Positions 26,940 through 39,199 are shown, counted from the first letter of the stretch. The stretch: 64,000 nucleotides of DNA from Eledone cirrhosa (GCA_964016885.1 OZ024749.1:31744001-31808000), one strand, 5' to 3'. Translations and numbers: made by a program. Notes: generated by a model not told the origin, from the letters alone.

Positions 26940-29900
26940 ATGGCTGTGCTAAGAGTAGGGTGTCTAAATGCGCGTGGCCTGGGCTCGTCTTGGAAGCAAG
27001 CAATGCTTCTAAATGACCTCAGGTCACAATCTATAAATGTGATGGTTATCTGCGAGGCCCGGATCAGCAGCATGCGACAGCTAGCCCCCACCTTTGACGA
27101 CTTTGAGATGCACGCATCTCTCTGTCAGCCCGGAGGTGGGGGTGGGGTTGTCGTTCTGCTGCAAAAACATATGGGCCTTGCAACACAGATAGTTCACTTG
27201 GACCCAGGGGGTCGACTGGTGGTGCTGGACCTTGGCAGTGGTGAAGGTAGAGCCCTTAGGCTGATAGCCGCATATGCCCCTTTTGGGACAGAGCGGCCCG
27301 ACTTTTTCCAGCGTCTGGAGTCTTTTCTAGGGACGTCCCGTTCCCTGCTTTTAGTGGGGGATTGGAATGGTATCCTGGATGCACGTTGGGACTATGCAGG
27401 GGCATGTCCCGATAGAGAGGGGTGCAACAGCCTCAAGGGGTTACTCGGCCGATTTGACCTGGCCGATAGATTTCGACTAGATTTTCCGACGGTGCCAACC
27501 TGGTCTTGGTCAAATCGCAGCGGATCATCTAGATCGTACCTAGACAGATTTTTAGTTAGAAATAAGGACAGGGACTTTTTAAGTTGTCCAGAAATGCTCA
27601 TGGTTGGCTATTCAGACCACAAGTTGGTGACCTGCATGGTCAACCTTGATAGAACGCATAGACAGGGCCCCGGTTACTGGAAGCTCAACTTGTCCTTGCC
27701 GGCAAGTAGAGCCTACAGGAATCGGATTAGTACGTTAGTTAAGGAACGGTTGACTGGAGCGATCGTCAACAGCAGGTGGTGGGTATCTCTAAAGAGAGAG
27801 ATTAGAGTAGTCTCCATTGAATTTAGTAAGGTTCTAGCTGCGGATAGGAATAGGAAGGAAAGGGAGCTAATAGATAGAGTAGAAGAGGCAATTAGAAGCG
27901 GCGACGTGGCCAGAGTGCTAGCGTCGAGAACGGCTTTGAGCCAGTTTTTCGACGCGAAGCACGAAGGCTGCGTTGTCCGAAGTAAAATACGTGCTCTAGG
28001 GAACGAGGGGGCCAAAGCTGTTAGCTGGGCCCGCGTGACAGAGGCCAACAGTGGAACTAAATCCACCATCCGGTCTTTGCGAGACCTGGATGGACGGGCG
28101 ATTCTTGAGCCTAAGCAGATGTGTGAGGCCTGTCAAAGGCACTTTGCCCAACTGTTCGGGAGGGGCGGGGAGCCGGTTGGAAACGTGGACTTCGGTCCAT
28201 ACCTCGACGGCCTGCCGCGCCTCTCGGACAGGGAGGCGAAGTCTTGCGAGGAGCCGATTTCGGCCGCTGAGATAGAGGACGTGCTGGGCCAATGCGGCAA
28301 ACGCAAATCCCCGGGTCTCGATGGTCTTCCTTACGAATTATATCTAGCTATGCCGGACTTGTTCCCCGATCTCCTCGAGGCGGTCTACTGCAACTGGCAA
28401 CAGAACGGGAGAATTCCCTGTACTGTGACCAAGGGCGTAGTCACGCTAGTGAGGAAGGACGAGAACAAGGGGGACGAAATAAGTAACTTCAGGCCCATAA
28501 CTCTGCTAAATACAGAGTTACAGATTTTGGCCAAGGTGCTAGCAAAGAGGTTGGCGCTTGTCGTGGGCAACCTGGTGGGAGATGCGCAGACATGCGCTAT
28601 CCCGTCCAGGTCCATCCATGACAACCTCCACCTCATGCGATACATCATAGAGAGGGTTGGGAACGAACCCGGCTTTGGTGGGGCTCTGATCAACTTGGAT
28701 CAATCTAAGGCGTTCGATAGGGTCGACCATGGTTACCTGGATGCGGTGCTAGCGGCGGCAGGCTTCGGACCCGTTTTCAGGGGCTGGATCACTGCTATGC
28801 ACAGCAGCCGCATCTGCTCTAGGGTCAAGGTGAACGGCTACCTCTCGGAGCCGTTCAAAATCGCGCGGTCCATCCGACAAGGGTGCCCTCTCTCCTCCCT
28901 TCTGTATGTGTTGACTCTCGAGCCACTACTGCGGAAGTTGGAGTTGTTGCAGGGCATCCCTTTGGAACCGGGATTGCGGAAAGCGGTGTCGGCCTACGCC
29001 GATGATGTGACAGTAATGGTGTCGACGGCCTCCGAAATCGAGGCGGTCGGCAACTTACTGGAGGAGTACGAAAAGTTCACAGGGGCTAAGCTGAACCGGG
29101 ACAAGTCGATCGGTTTGCAACTCGGCACGTGGAGGGGCAGACCGATGCCCTCCGATGGCGTCGTCGGACGCTGGACGGAGGGCCCGGTGAAGTTGCTCGG
29201 GGTCTGGTTCGGACCGGACCTCCAGGTGGAGAAAAACTGGGCGGAGGTTACGAACAGGGTGTTTGCACTGACCCAGAAGTGGGCCAGTTGCAAACTATCC
29301 CTGAAAGGTCGGGCGGAGGTGGCGAACACTTATATAGCGTCCGTCATCTACTACCGCCTGACCGTAGTGCCCTGCCCAAGGGAAACCCTCACCAAGATGG
29401 AGCGCGCGCTCTTCCAATTCCTTTGGAAGGGGCGGGCTCCTATGGTGAGGAGATCCATCTGCTGTCAACACCCTTCGAAAGGAGGGCTGGGGATGCCGTG
29501 GCTAATGATGCGTAAACACGCATTAAGGCTACGGCACCTCTACGTATTCCTCACCGGACAACCGGTGTGGGCCTCGTTTGTGAGACGAACCTTTCCCAGA
29601 CTCGTCTCACTCACCGAGCTGCAATCCTGGGTCAAGCAAAGACCGAGAAAACTGGGCGCCTGGCACACTGAGTGTGCCCAGGCGCTCACCGCCCTCTGGC
29701 AGGCGGATCCGGTTATCAGTGGAGACTCCACCGCAACATTCTATAGAGGGCTGGTACGCAGCAGGTGCGACGACGCCCTCGGAGAAGCCCTAGACATGGA
29801 GGAGGACGAACTGGCCAGCCTGTTCGGTAGGACATTCAGCCCGGGACCTATGGACAACTTCCAGAAGTCCCTGGCCTGGCAGTGCTACCGAGGGGCTTTA

Positions 29901-30377
29901 CCCGTTCGAGAAAGGCTCTACAGACACGGGCGCCCGGGTAGGGACCCCGCCAAAAAGATCTGTCCCAGATGCGTGTGCGACGAGGAAACCGTTGCACACG
30001 CATTGATACACTGCTCGGGCGTAGCCGATCTGTGGGGCTATGTCGAACAACTGCTGTCAAGGGTGGGACCGATCCGGTTGACCACCGAGTCTATTGTAAT
30101 GATCAAGCCGCCTCCCCCCTTCAAAGATGAAGCAGAGGCGGTGTTTCTGTGCGTAATAGCCATGGCGAAAGAGGTTGTATGGTGGACGCGTCTGAAAGGA
30201 CTGAGGTCAGGCACCTTTCTCTCTGGCCAACAACTGGTCCGTTTCTTCCGATATCATTTCGGAAGAAGGATCAGGATGGAGAGAGAGGTGCTGCACCCCA
30301 GTCGTTTTTATGAAAGGTGGGTGAAAGTGGCGAGAATGGCCCGTGTGAATGGGCCTTCTCTTTACATAAGCCTGTAG
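26940..30377 (+). CDS. ORF2: APE endonuclease, reverse transcriptase and C-terminal Cys/His domain (open)
   Basis: LNARGL, GDWN, YLDRF, SDHK (APE); KSPGLDG, NFRPITLLN, KAFDRV, RQGCPLS, YADD (RT); CPRC..ETVAHALIHC. Confidence 0.95.
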   Translation: MAVLRVGCLNARGLGSSWKQAMLLNDLRSQSINVMVICEARISSMRQLAPTFDDFEMHASLCQPGGGGGVVVLLQKHMGLATQIVHLDPGGRLVVLDLGSGEGRALRLIAAYAPFGTERPDFFQRLESFLGTSRSLLLVGDWNGILDARWDYAGACPDREGCNSLKGLLGRFDLADRFRLDFPTVPTWSWSNRSGSSRSYLDRFLVRNKDRDFLSCPEMLMVGYSDHKLVTCMVNLDRTHRQGPGYWKLNLSLPASRAYRNRISTLVKERLTGAIVNSRWWVSLKREIRVVSIEFSKVLAADRNRKERELIDRVEEAIRSGDVARVLASRTALSQFFDAKHEGCVVRSKIRALGNEGAKAVSWARVTEANSGTKSTIRSLRDLDGRAILEPKQMCEACQRHFAQLFGRGGEPVGNVDFGPYLDGLPRLSDREAKSCEEPISAAEIEDVLGQCGKRKSPGLDGLPYELYLAMPDLFPDLLEAVYCNWQQNGRIPCTVTKGVVTLVRKDENKGDEISNFRPITLLNTELQILAKVLAKRLALVVGNLVGDAQTCAIPSRSIHDNLHLMRYIIERVGNEPGFGGALINLDQSKAFDRVDHGYLDAVLAAAGFGPVFRGWITAMHSSRICSRVKVNGYLSEPFKIARSIRQGCPLSSLLYVLTLEPLLRKLELLQGIPLEPGLRKAVSAYADDVTVMVSTASEIEAVGNLLEEYEKFTGAKLNRDKSIGLQLGTWRGRPMPSDGVVGRWTEGPVKLLGVWFGPDLQVEKNWAEVTNRVFALTQKWASCKLSLKGRAEVANTYIASVIYYRLTVVPCPRETLTKMERALFQFLWKGRAPMVRRSICCQHPSKGGLGMPWLMMRKHALRLRHLYVFLTGQPVWASFVRRTFPRLVSLTELQSWVKQRPRKLGAWHTECAQALTALWQADPVISGDSTATFYRGLVRSRCDDALGEALDMEEDELASLFGRTFSPGPMDNFQKSLAWQCYRGALPVRERLYRHGRPGRDPAKKICPRCVCDEETVAHALIHCSGVADLWGYVEQLLSRVGPIRLTTESIVMIKPPPPFKDEAEAVFLCVIAMAKEVVWWTRLKGLRSGTFLSGQQLVRFFRYHFGRRIRMEREVLHPSRFYERWVKVARMARVNGPSLYISL

Positions 30378-31064
30378 GTGGAAAAGAGGAAGGAACGAGG
30401 GAGAACCCCCTCTCTGTGCTCCTGAGGAAAAGGGTTGCACACTTTTTTCGGGGGTGTGTGCGACCCCCCAAGGCGTCTCCTCTCTATTGAGGATTTTGTT
30501 AAAAATTTTATTTTTGTTATATCTTATTTTATTTTTATATTTTGTTATTGCCTCCTCCTTATTGAGGACGCCTTTTTGTGTAAACTCCCCCCTTTGTACT
30601 TGTCCCACTTTTGATGCCCTAGTGGCAAATAAAAGAAACTTATCTATTTATCATATAATCTAGCTGTCGTCTGTTCTACAGCGTAGATGTAATTCACTTC
30701 GCGCAGAAGTTTTGTTCAAATTTATTGCGGAAATTTTGTAAGTTCAAATTTAATTTTGATACTATTGTGTAGCTTGACCTCCCGTCTGAACTGTCAGGCG
30801 GTGGGTCAGCTCATCTTTACCCCTCCTAGGGGTGAAAAACCTGTTTTTAAAAATTTTGTGGCAAAAAAAATTTCAATCGTCTGACAGAAATGTTAAACGA
30901 AGCGAACGAAAATAGTAGTGGGGGGACAGCGGTAAGAGTTGTAAGCTCGCACGTTTTAGTCCCCCCCCCCTTCCTTCCCAACTAACGTCATAGAGAAGGA
31001 AGGAAAAAATAAAATAAAAACAGACGAATCTTCGGAGAAAAATGACGAAAACACAAATCTGGAC

Positions 31065-32805
31065 ATGGATTCCAACAACGAAAAAAAAAAATTTGAAAAA
31101 TTGCATGACAATATTAATACCACAAACAAAGACACAACAAACACAAAAATAACATTTGAAAACAACATCATAACAGAAAGCAAAGCAGACGACAAAGTCA
31201 ACACCAACAAGATTTCATTTGCACAAACAACAAAGAAATCTTTGACATATATACCTGAAAATATTTCAGATGTGGCACAAAGAATCACAGACGCAAAACA
31301 ATACATAAGTGAAGGAGAGAATGGTATTTTATCGGTAAAAATACCTCAAGAACTCACCAAAGACATTGAAAGTCGAACGGTCATGTTCCGCACCATTAAC
31401 AACACTTCAAAAAAACCTGAACAGCCAACTCAAGCAGAAATCAAAACAGTACTTACAGAAGTACTTAATGAAACCACTTTCATAAGAAAAGACAGACTGT
31501 ACGGAAGCCTAGCGATTATTATGAAGAACGAATCGGCGGCAAAAAAATGTGCTTTGTCACCGATTCGTTCGAAAGATTTTACCTTTTATCCATCTTATAT
31601 GGGTAAAAGAACTCAACGCATATGGCTGGATGCAATGATGCCAGATGTGGACTACTGCTGGCTCATAGCTGGCTTCATCGATCCAGTGAATGACAACGTG
31701 ATTTCCATTGGGAAAACCACAGGCAATGCGTTCAGTGGAACAGGTATAGAGCTTGTAGTGCAAATGAAGCCTGAACGCATCGCCCAAATACCCGACAGAA
31801 TCCTATTAGAGGGCCACGAGTATATAAACATTAGCGTAGAGGGGAGAAGGCCGTCCTGTCATATCTGTGCAAGGCAGAGGGCACCTGAAGGACGCTTGTC
31901 ACCAACTCAACAATAAGAAAACCCTGCTACCAACACCAGCTCCACCACCACCACCGCAACAGATAAACAAACAACAAAACTCAGTCCCACCCAACCCGTC
32001 CCTCAGTAAAACTACACCACCACCACAACACAAACAGTCACAACACATTACCCCAAAACAAAATACAGGCCCACCCAACCTCTCACTCAATAAAACAACA
32101 CAACCACCGCAGCCACAACACACAACACAGTCTAACATAGTGACATCCATCTCCCCCACAAAGAAAACCAACACGGAAACATTACCAGCAAACATACCTC
32201 TTCCCTCCAACACTGAAGATAACCCAACGAATTCGGAGGAAGAAACGGAGTCCTTCAGACAGATTAAAAGGAAAAAAAGAAAACATGTGCAAAACACACA
32301 AGGCCAAACAACCCCCACCCAAATGTCAACACAATCCAACAAAACACAAAACACCCCTCCAGCAACAAACCAAACCAAACCTGCCCCTCCCCTCTTCGAA
32401 ACACTCACACCATCCGAAAAAAAGACATTACACTATACTTACATCAACAGAAACAATAATAAATTAAATGAACTCATAAACAATAATCCTTCGGTACAAA
32501 CCGAAGGTGTAAACTTTGTTTCTTCAGAAAACTACCCACATTTAAAATTAATAAAGATCCCAATGAACCTCTACCAAAAACTAAAAAAGGATTTTAAGGA
32601 GGACGTAGGACCACCCTCTGTCAAACCCATAAACCGCGTCCTACTAAAATGCTTTCCCCCTCCCCTTCCCCTCCCCAACACAACTCCAAACACCCCAGCC
32701 CCACCACACACTGACGACCCCACACCACCACAAGACACACCTTCACCCAACACCCCCGACCCCATGGAAGTCGTGCGACCCGAACCCCGGGAAGCAGAAA
32801 GGTAG
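31065..32805 (+). pseudogene. Tx1 ORF1 with a frameshift in the zinc knuckle (about 31870)
   Basis: CHIC / GRGHLKDAC split over two frames; homologous to copy A ORF1. Confidence 0.85.
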
Positions 32806-32838
32806 GTCTCTACACTCTCCTTTGGCTCTGCCGCCCAC

Positions 32839-35800
32839 ATGGATGTGTTAAGAGTAGGATGTTTGAATGCACGTGGCCTGGGCTCAATTTGGAAGCAAGC
32901 AAAGCTTCTAAATGACCTCAGGTCATGTGGTATAAATGTAATGGTTATCTGTGAGACTCGGATCAGCGTCGTGCGGCAGCTGGCCCCTACCTTCGATGAC
33001 TTTGAGGTGCATGCATCTCTCTGTCAACCTGGAGGTGGGGGTTGGGTTGTCGTACTGCTGCAAAAACACCTGGGTCTTGCCGTACAGGTTGTTCACTCGG
33101 ACCCGGAGGGTCGTTTGTTGGTGCTAGACGTTGGCAGTAGTGAAGGTGCGGCCTTGAGACTGGTTGCCGTCTACTCCCCTTTCGGAGCTGAACGGCCCGA
33201 CTTCTTCCAGCGTTTGGAGACTTTTCTGGGAACGTCGCGTTCCCTGCTTCTAGCGGGGGATTGGAATGACATCCTAGATGCACGTTGGGACTATGCAGGA
33301 GCATGTCCTAATAGAGGGGGGTGTAACAGCCTCAAGGGGTTACTCGACCGTTTTAACTTGGTCGATAGATATCGACTAGATTTTCCAACTGTGCCTACCT
33401 GGACTTGGAGAAACCACAGTGGTCAATCTAGATCGTACTTAGATAGATTCTTAGTTAGAAGTAAGGATAGGGACATATTAAGCTGTCCAGAAATGCGCAC
33501 AGTTGGCTATACGGATCACAAATTAGTGACCTGCGTAGTCAATCTCGAGAAAACACATAAACAGGGTCCCGGTTACTGGAAACTTAATTTGTCTTTACCG
33601 GCAAAAGAGACTTACAGAAATCGGATTAGCAGATTAGTTAAGGAGAGGTTGACGGGTGCAATCGTCAACAACCGATGGTGGGCATCTCTCAAAAGAGAGA
33701 TTAGAACAGAATCAATAAGTTATAGCAAGATGTTAGCTGCCGATAGGAATAGAAACGAGAAAGAATTAACAGGTAAATTAGAAGAGGCAATCAAGAGCGA
33801 AGATGTGGCCAGAGTGCTGGCATCGAGGACGGCCTTGAACCAGTTTTTCGATGCAAAGCACGAAGGCTGCGTCATTCGAAGTAAAATACGTGCTCTAGGT
33901 AATGAGGGGGCCAAAGCCGTTGGCTGGGCCCGCGTGACAGAAGCTAAGAGTGGAAATCGATCCACCATCCGGTCGTTGCAAGACGAGAATGGACGGGTGA
34001 TCCGGGAGCCTAAGCAGATGTGCGAGGCCTTTCAAAGGCACTTTGCCAGATTATTCGGGGGAGGCGAGGGTCCGGGCGGGGACGTGGATTTCGGTCCATA
34101 CCTCGACGGCCTGCCGCGTCTCTCGAGCGAAGAGGCAGAGTCCTGCGAGGGACCAATCTCGGCTGATGAGATCGGAGATGCGCTGAGCCAACGCAGCAGA
34201 CGCAAATCTCCAGGTCTCGTGGTATACCTTACGAACTTTATTTAGCAATGCCGGTCTTCTTCTCCGAACTCCTCGAAGCGGTCTACTGCAATTGGCAGCA
34301 GAACGGGAGAATTCCTTGTTCTGTAGCCAAGGGCGTAGTCTCGCTGGTGAGGAAGGACGAGAACAAGGGGGATAGTATAAATAATTTTCGGCCCATAACC
34401 CTGCTAAACACAGAGTTAAAGATTTTGGCCAAGGTGTTAGCAAAGAAGTTGGCGCTTGTCGTGGGTAGCCTGGTGGGAGATGCGCAGACATGTGCTATCC
34501 CATCCAGGTCCATTCACGATAACCTCCACCTCATGCGATACATCATAGAGAGGGTTGGCAACAAACCCGGCTTCGGTGGGGCCCTGATCAACTTGGATCA
34601 GTCTAAGGCCTTCGATAGGGTCGACCATGGTTACCTGGATGCGGTGCTAGCGGCGGCTGGGTTCGGTACTGCTTTCAGAGGCTGGATCACTGCCTTACAT
34701 AGCAACCACATCTGTTCTAGGATCAAGGTGAACGGCTACCTTTCGAAGCCGTTCGAAATCACACGATCCATTCGACAGGGGTGCCCTCTCTCCTCCCTTC
34801 TGTATGTATTGACTCTCGAGCCTTTACTGAGGAAGTTAGAGTTGTTGCAGGGTATCCCCCTGGAACCAGGATTGAGCAAAGCGGTGTCGGCCTACGCCGA
34901 TGACGTAACAGTAATGGTATCGACCGACTCGGAAATCGAGGCGATCGGTACCTTACTGGAGGATTACGAAAGGTTGTCAGGAGCGAAACTGAACCGGGAA
35001 AAAACCATCGGGCTGCAACTCGGAACGTGGAGAGGCAGACCGATGCCTCCCGACGGTGTCGTCGGACACTGGACGGAGGGCCCGGTAAAGTTGCTTGGGG
35101 TCTGGTTTGGACCGGACCTCCAGGTGGAAAAGAACAGGGACGAGGTTACGAACAAGGTGTTTGCACTAACCCAGAAATGGGCCAAGTGTAAGCTGTCCCT
35201 AAAAGGCCGGGCGGAGGTGGCGAACATTTACATAGCGTCTGTCACTTACTACCGCCTGACTATCGTGCCTTGCCCTAAGGAAACACTCACCACCATGGAA
35301 CGCATGCTCTTCCAATTTCTTTGGAAGAAGCGCCCTCCTATGGTGAGAAGATCCATCTGCTGCCAACAACCTTCGAAAGGAGGACTGGGGATGCTGTGGT
35401 TGATGATGCGTAGGCACGCATTAAGGCTACGGCACCTACAGGTATTCCTCACTGGTCAACCGGTGTGGGCTCCGTTCGTGAAACGAGCCTTTCCGAGACT
35501 CGTCTCGCTCACCGAGCTGCAGTCCTGGGTCAAGCAAAGATCCGGAAAACTGGGAGACTGGCACACTGAGTGTGCTCAGGCGCTCAGGGCTCTCTGGCAA
35601 GCGGGCCAGGCCATCGGTGGAGAATCCACCTCATCATTCTATAGAGGGCTGGTGGCTAGCAGGGGCGATGACACCCTTGGAGAGTCGCTGGACATGGAAG
35701 AGGACGAACTGGCCAGCCTGTTCGGTAGGACTTTCGGCCCAGGACCAATGGACAACTTCCAGAAGTCACTGGCCTGGCAGTGCTACCGGGGGGCTCTACC

Positions 35801-36275
35801 CGTTCGAGAGAGGCTCTACAGACACGGGCGCCCGGGCAGGGATCCCTCAAAAAAGATTTGCCCTAGATGCGTGCGTCACGAAGAAACAGTTGCGCACGCA
35901 TTGATGCAATGTCCGGGTGTGGCTGATCTGTGGGGCTACGCCGAACGACTGCTGTCGCGGGTGGCGCCGATTCAATTGACCGCCGAGTCCGTGATGACAA
36001 TCAAACCGCCTCCCCTCTTCACAAAGGAAGCAAAGGCGGTTTTTCTGTGCGTAATAGCCATGTTGAAAGAGGTTGTTTGGTGGACACGATTGAAAGGTCT
36101 GAGGTCAGGCAACTTCCTCTCTGGCCATAGTCTGGTCTACTTCTTCCGATATCACTTCGGAAGAAGGATAAGAATGGAGAGAGAGGTGCTTGGCTACAGG
36201 CAGTTTTATGAAAGGTGGGTGATAGTGGCGAGAATGGCTCGTGTAAATGGACCTTCTCTGTATACCATCCTGTAG
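32839..36275 (+). pseudogene. Tx1 ORF2 (APE-RT) with a 1-nt deletion near 34219
   Basis: GGTCTCGTGGT here versus GGTCTCGATGGT in copy A; both halves align with copy A ORF2. Confidence 0.9.
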
Positions 36276-36489
36276 GTAAAGAAGTGAAGGAGAGGGGAGC
36301 ACCTTCTCCATGTGCTCCCCGGGCAAAGGATTGCACACTTTTTCGGGGGTGTGTGCAACTCCCATCACGTCCCCTCCCTTTTGAGGTTATTTTCGATTAT
36401 TTTCATTTTATACCCTTTTTACTCGATTATATGTAAACTCCCCCTTTGTATTTGTCCCTTCTTTTTATGCCTTCATGGTAAATAAAGAA

Positions 36490-36540
<51 letters not shown>

Positions 36541-36562
36541 CTCTCTGTCTATATATATATAT

Positions 36563-36628
36563 CCTTTCTGTTCGGATCTAGCTGTCGAAACGGCCGGAGC
36601 TCAGCCGTCGGGTCCTGACTCGTTCCCT
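36563..36628 (+). mobile_element. Half-hammerhead family, second subfamily fragment
   Basis: TTCGGATCTAGCTGTC-GAAA-CGGCcggagctcaGCCG-TC-GGGTCC. Confidence 0.65.
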
Positions 36629-36653
36629 ATATATATCCTCTTTGTATATATAT

Positions 36654-36734
<81 letters not shown>

Positions 36735-36735
<1 letters not shown>

Positions 36736-37310
36736 AGGGGGGTTAAAATTCCCGAGATCCATGGACGAGTTCTCTCCATCGGTCTCTGTCCCTCATTATC
36801 GCTGCCATGTCCTGCGTCTCCAACAGACCAGTGTCTGTCCTTAGGGCATCAGCATACGTTAACCTTGGTCTTCCTCAGACAGTGTGTCCATGCAGGGGCT
36901 TCCACTGGAGCACTGAGTTCAGTGTCAACTCTGGATGTCGGTGGGCATGTCCAGCTAACCTCAGACTCTTCTGGAATTAGTTGAGGACTTCCTGTATTTA
37001 GGAGCAAAGATTGGGAATACGGAAGATGATGTGGTTGAGAGGAAGAGCAAAGCCTGGGCAGCGTGCCACAGTTTGAGATTGGTGTGGAAGTCGGACCTTC
37101 GTGAAAACCTGAAGATCCGCCTCTTCATTGCTGTAGTGGAGTCTTGCTGTTGTACGGGTCAGAGACTTAGACACTGACCAAGAAACTCACTCAGATTGTG
37201 GATGGGTGCTACACGAGAATGCTGAGGATGGCTCTGAACACTAATCAGTATACACTGAGGATGAAGAACTCAGAGCTATACGGGAGCCTCCCAAAAGTCA
37301 GCTCAAAAAT
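36735..37310. mobile_element. RTE-clade LINE fragment with 5' inversion
   Basis: Minus 36750-36980 encodes [31 protein letters not shown]; plus 37020-37310 encodes the upstream part LKIRLF..LLYGSE..DGCYTRMLRMALN. Confidence 0.75.
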
Positions 37311-37945
37311 GATATAAATATATCTATAGTGTACCCTAGCATTCGTGCTCCAGGTTATTCGCGGAATTTTCTTTAGACCTAAGTAATAATTGTTCGTGGA
37401 AATCACCGCAAATTCGCGGTTTTTCACTCTTTGCGTGTGATCTAGGCACATAACGGCTGCGAATACTAGGGGTCTATTATATATACACACCACCAACATT
37501 CTCAACAGCAATAGCAAGCCAAACATAGAGTTATGTGTTTCGCTATAAAAATATATATTATACATCTCTCTATATATAACTAATTATACAGGAGCCATTG
37601 TTGTGAGTTTAGTATCTTTAGATCATGGACACACATGAGTGCGCATGTCAGGATAGGAACTCCAGGGAGCATTTCATTTGATTTCCGACACGTTGACCAT
37701 TCAGTGAGTGAATGTCCCGTTCCAATTGTCCAATTAAAACACACATACAAACACACTCATATACACACAGGCATATATTCATACATATAAATGCATCCAT
37801 ATATTCATCTGTTTAAACATACATATATATTTGTATGTATGTGCATAAATACAAAATGATACAGAGACGTGCACATATACGCTCACACAAATACATACAC
37901 AGACATATACAGACACACACATATATATATATATACACATATTTG

Positions 37946-38053
37946 GATTTTAGTCTTCAAATTTATTATTATTACTATATATATATATAGTAATAATATA
38001 TTATTATTACTATATATATATATAGTAATAATAATAAATTTGAAGACTAAAAT
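37946..38053. repeat. AT-rich palindrome
   Basis: ATTTTAGTCTTCAAATTTATTATTATTAC ... GTAATAATAATAAATTTGAAGACTAAAAT. Confidence 0.7.
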
Positions 38054-38142
38054 GCGTTCACAGATTGACTTTGTTAGTTTCAGAAGATCCCGTTAAGAGT
38101 GAAAGCAGCGATTCTTTGTTTAAACTTTAATCTGTTATTTTA

Positions 38143-38209
<67 letters not shown>

Positions 38210-38260
38210 TGTATATATATATATTTCGTTTCTGAAATATATATATATATATATAAGTAT

Positions 38261-38354
<94 letters not shown>

Positions 38355-38369
38355 ATAGATATAGATATA

Positions 38370-38438
<69 letters not shown>

Positions 38439-38528
38439 ATATATATAGATGTACATATAGATGTATATTTGTTTTGCGAGGTTTTTAATATGAAATCGTG
38501 TGCGAAACAAATGTATATATATACATTT

Positions 38529-38576
<48 letters not shown>

Positions 38577-39001
38577 TTACATATATATATATATATATAT
38601 TCAGAAAAATAATACAAGCACACACACGCGGCGTAGGCAATGTCGAAAGAACACTTGATAATAATTGGTGCACCATCATGGCCGTAGTCAAATAAATCAA
38701 ATAAGTGAAAGTAAACGATCACATACATACATACACATACATAAATACAGATAGACCCACGTACACAAATGAATATGCATACCTACACACATACATAAAT
38801 GCATACATATACATATATTAATTACTTGACAGTTACACGGATATAAAATCTTGTTCCGTCATTCCTGCAGTTATTTCAAACAAGTTGGTACACGAACATT
38901 GACACTTAGTCACATACATACTTACAGCCAAACACACACACACACACTTATGCATACATACTAACACACGAACACTTTTAGACACTTACTTACAAATACT
39001 T

Positions 39002-39049
<48 letters not shown>

Positions 39050-39052
<3 letters not shown>

Positions 39053-39199
39053 AACAAGTAAGACCCCGACGGCTGAGCTCAAGCCGTTTCGACGGCTAAT
39101 TCTGGGGTCTTACTTGTTCCTATTACCAACCCTACTACCCTAAGTATTGAGTACTTTGGTGCGTTATGGTCCACCTGGTTCCTTACCACTTTACCTTCG

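Larger units (their letters stand above)
25846..30640 (+). mobile_element. L1/Tx1-clade non-LTR retrotransposon, copy A (5'-truncated)
   Basis: Partial ORF1, intact ORF2 and 3' UTR; TATCTATTTA on both flanks (25836-25845, 30641-30650) at the end of a (TATC)n tract. Confidence 0.93.
30651..36490 (+). mobile_element. L1/Tx1-clade retrotransposon, copy B (apparently full length, different subfamily)
   Basis: About 410-bp 5' UTR, ORF1, ORF2, and a 3' UTR ending AATAAAGAA followed by (ATCT)n at 36490-36540. Confidence 0.93.

Noticed and set aside
27392-30060. Antisense and alternate-frame ORFs within Tx1 ORF2
   Set aside because: Shadows of a GC-rich coding region with no independent motifs
38075-38115. 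Hammerhead-like CAGAAGA...GAAA
   Set aside because: Core U4 is missing and stems I and III do not pair convincingly
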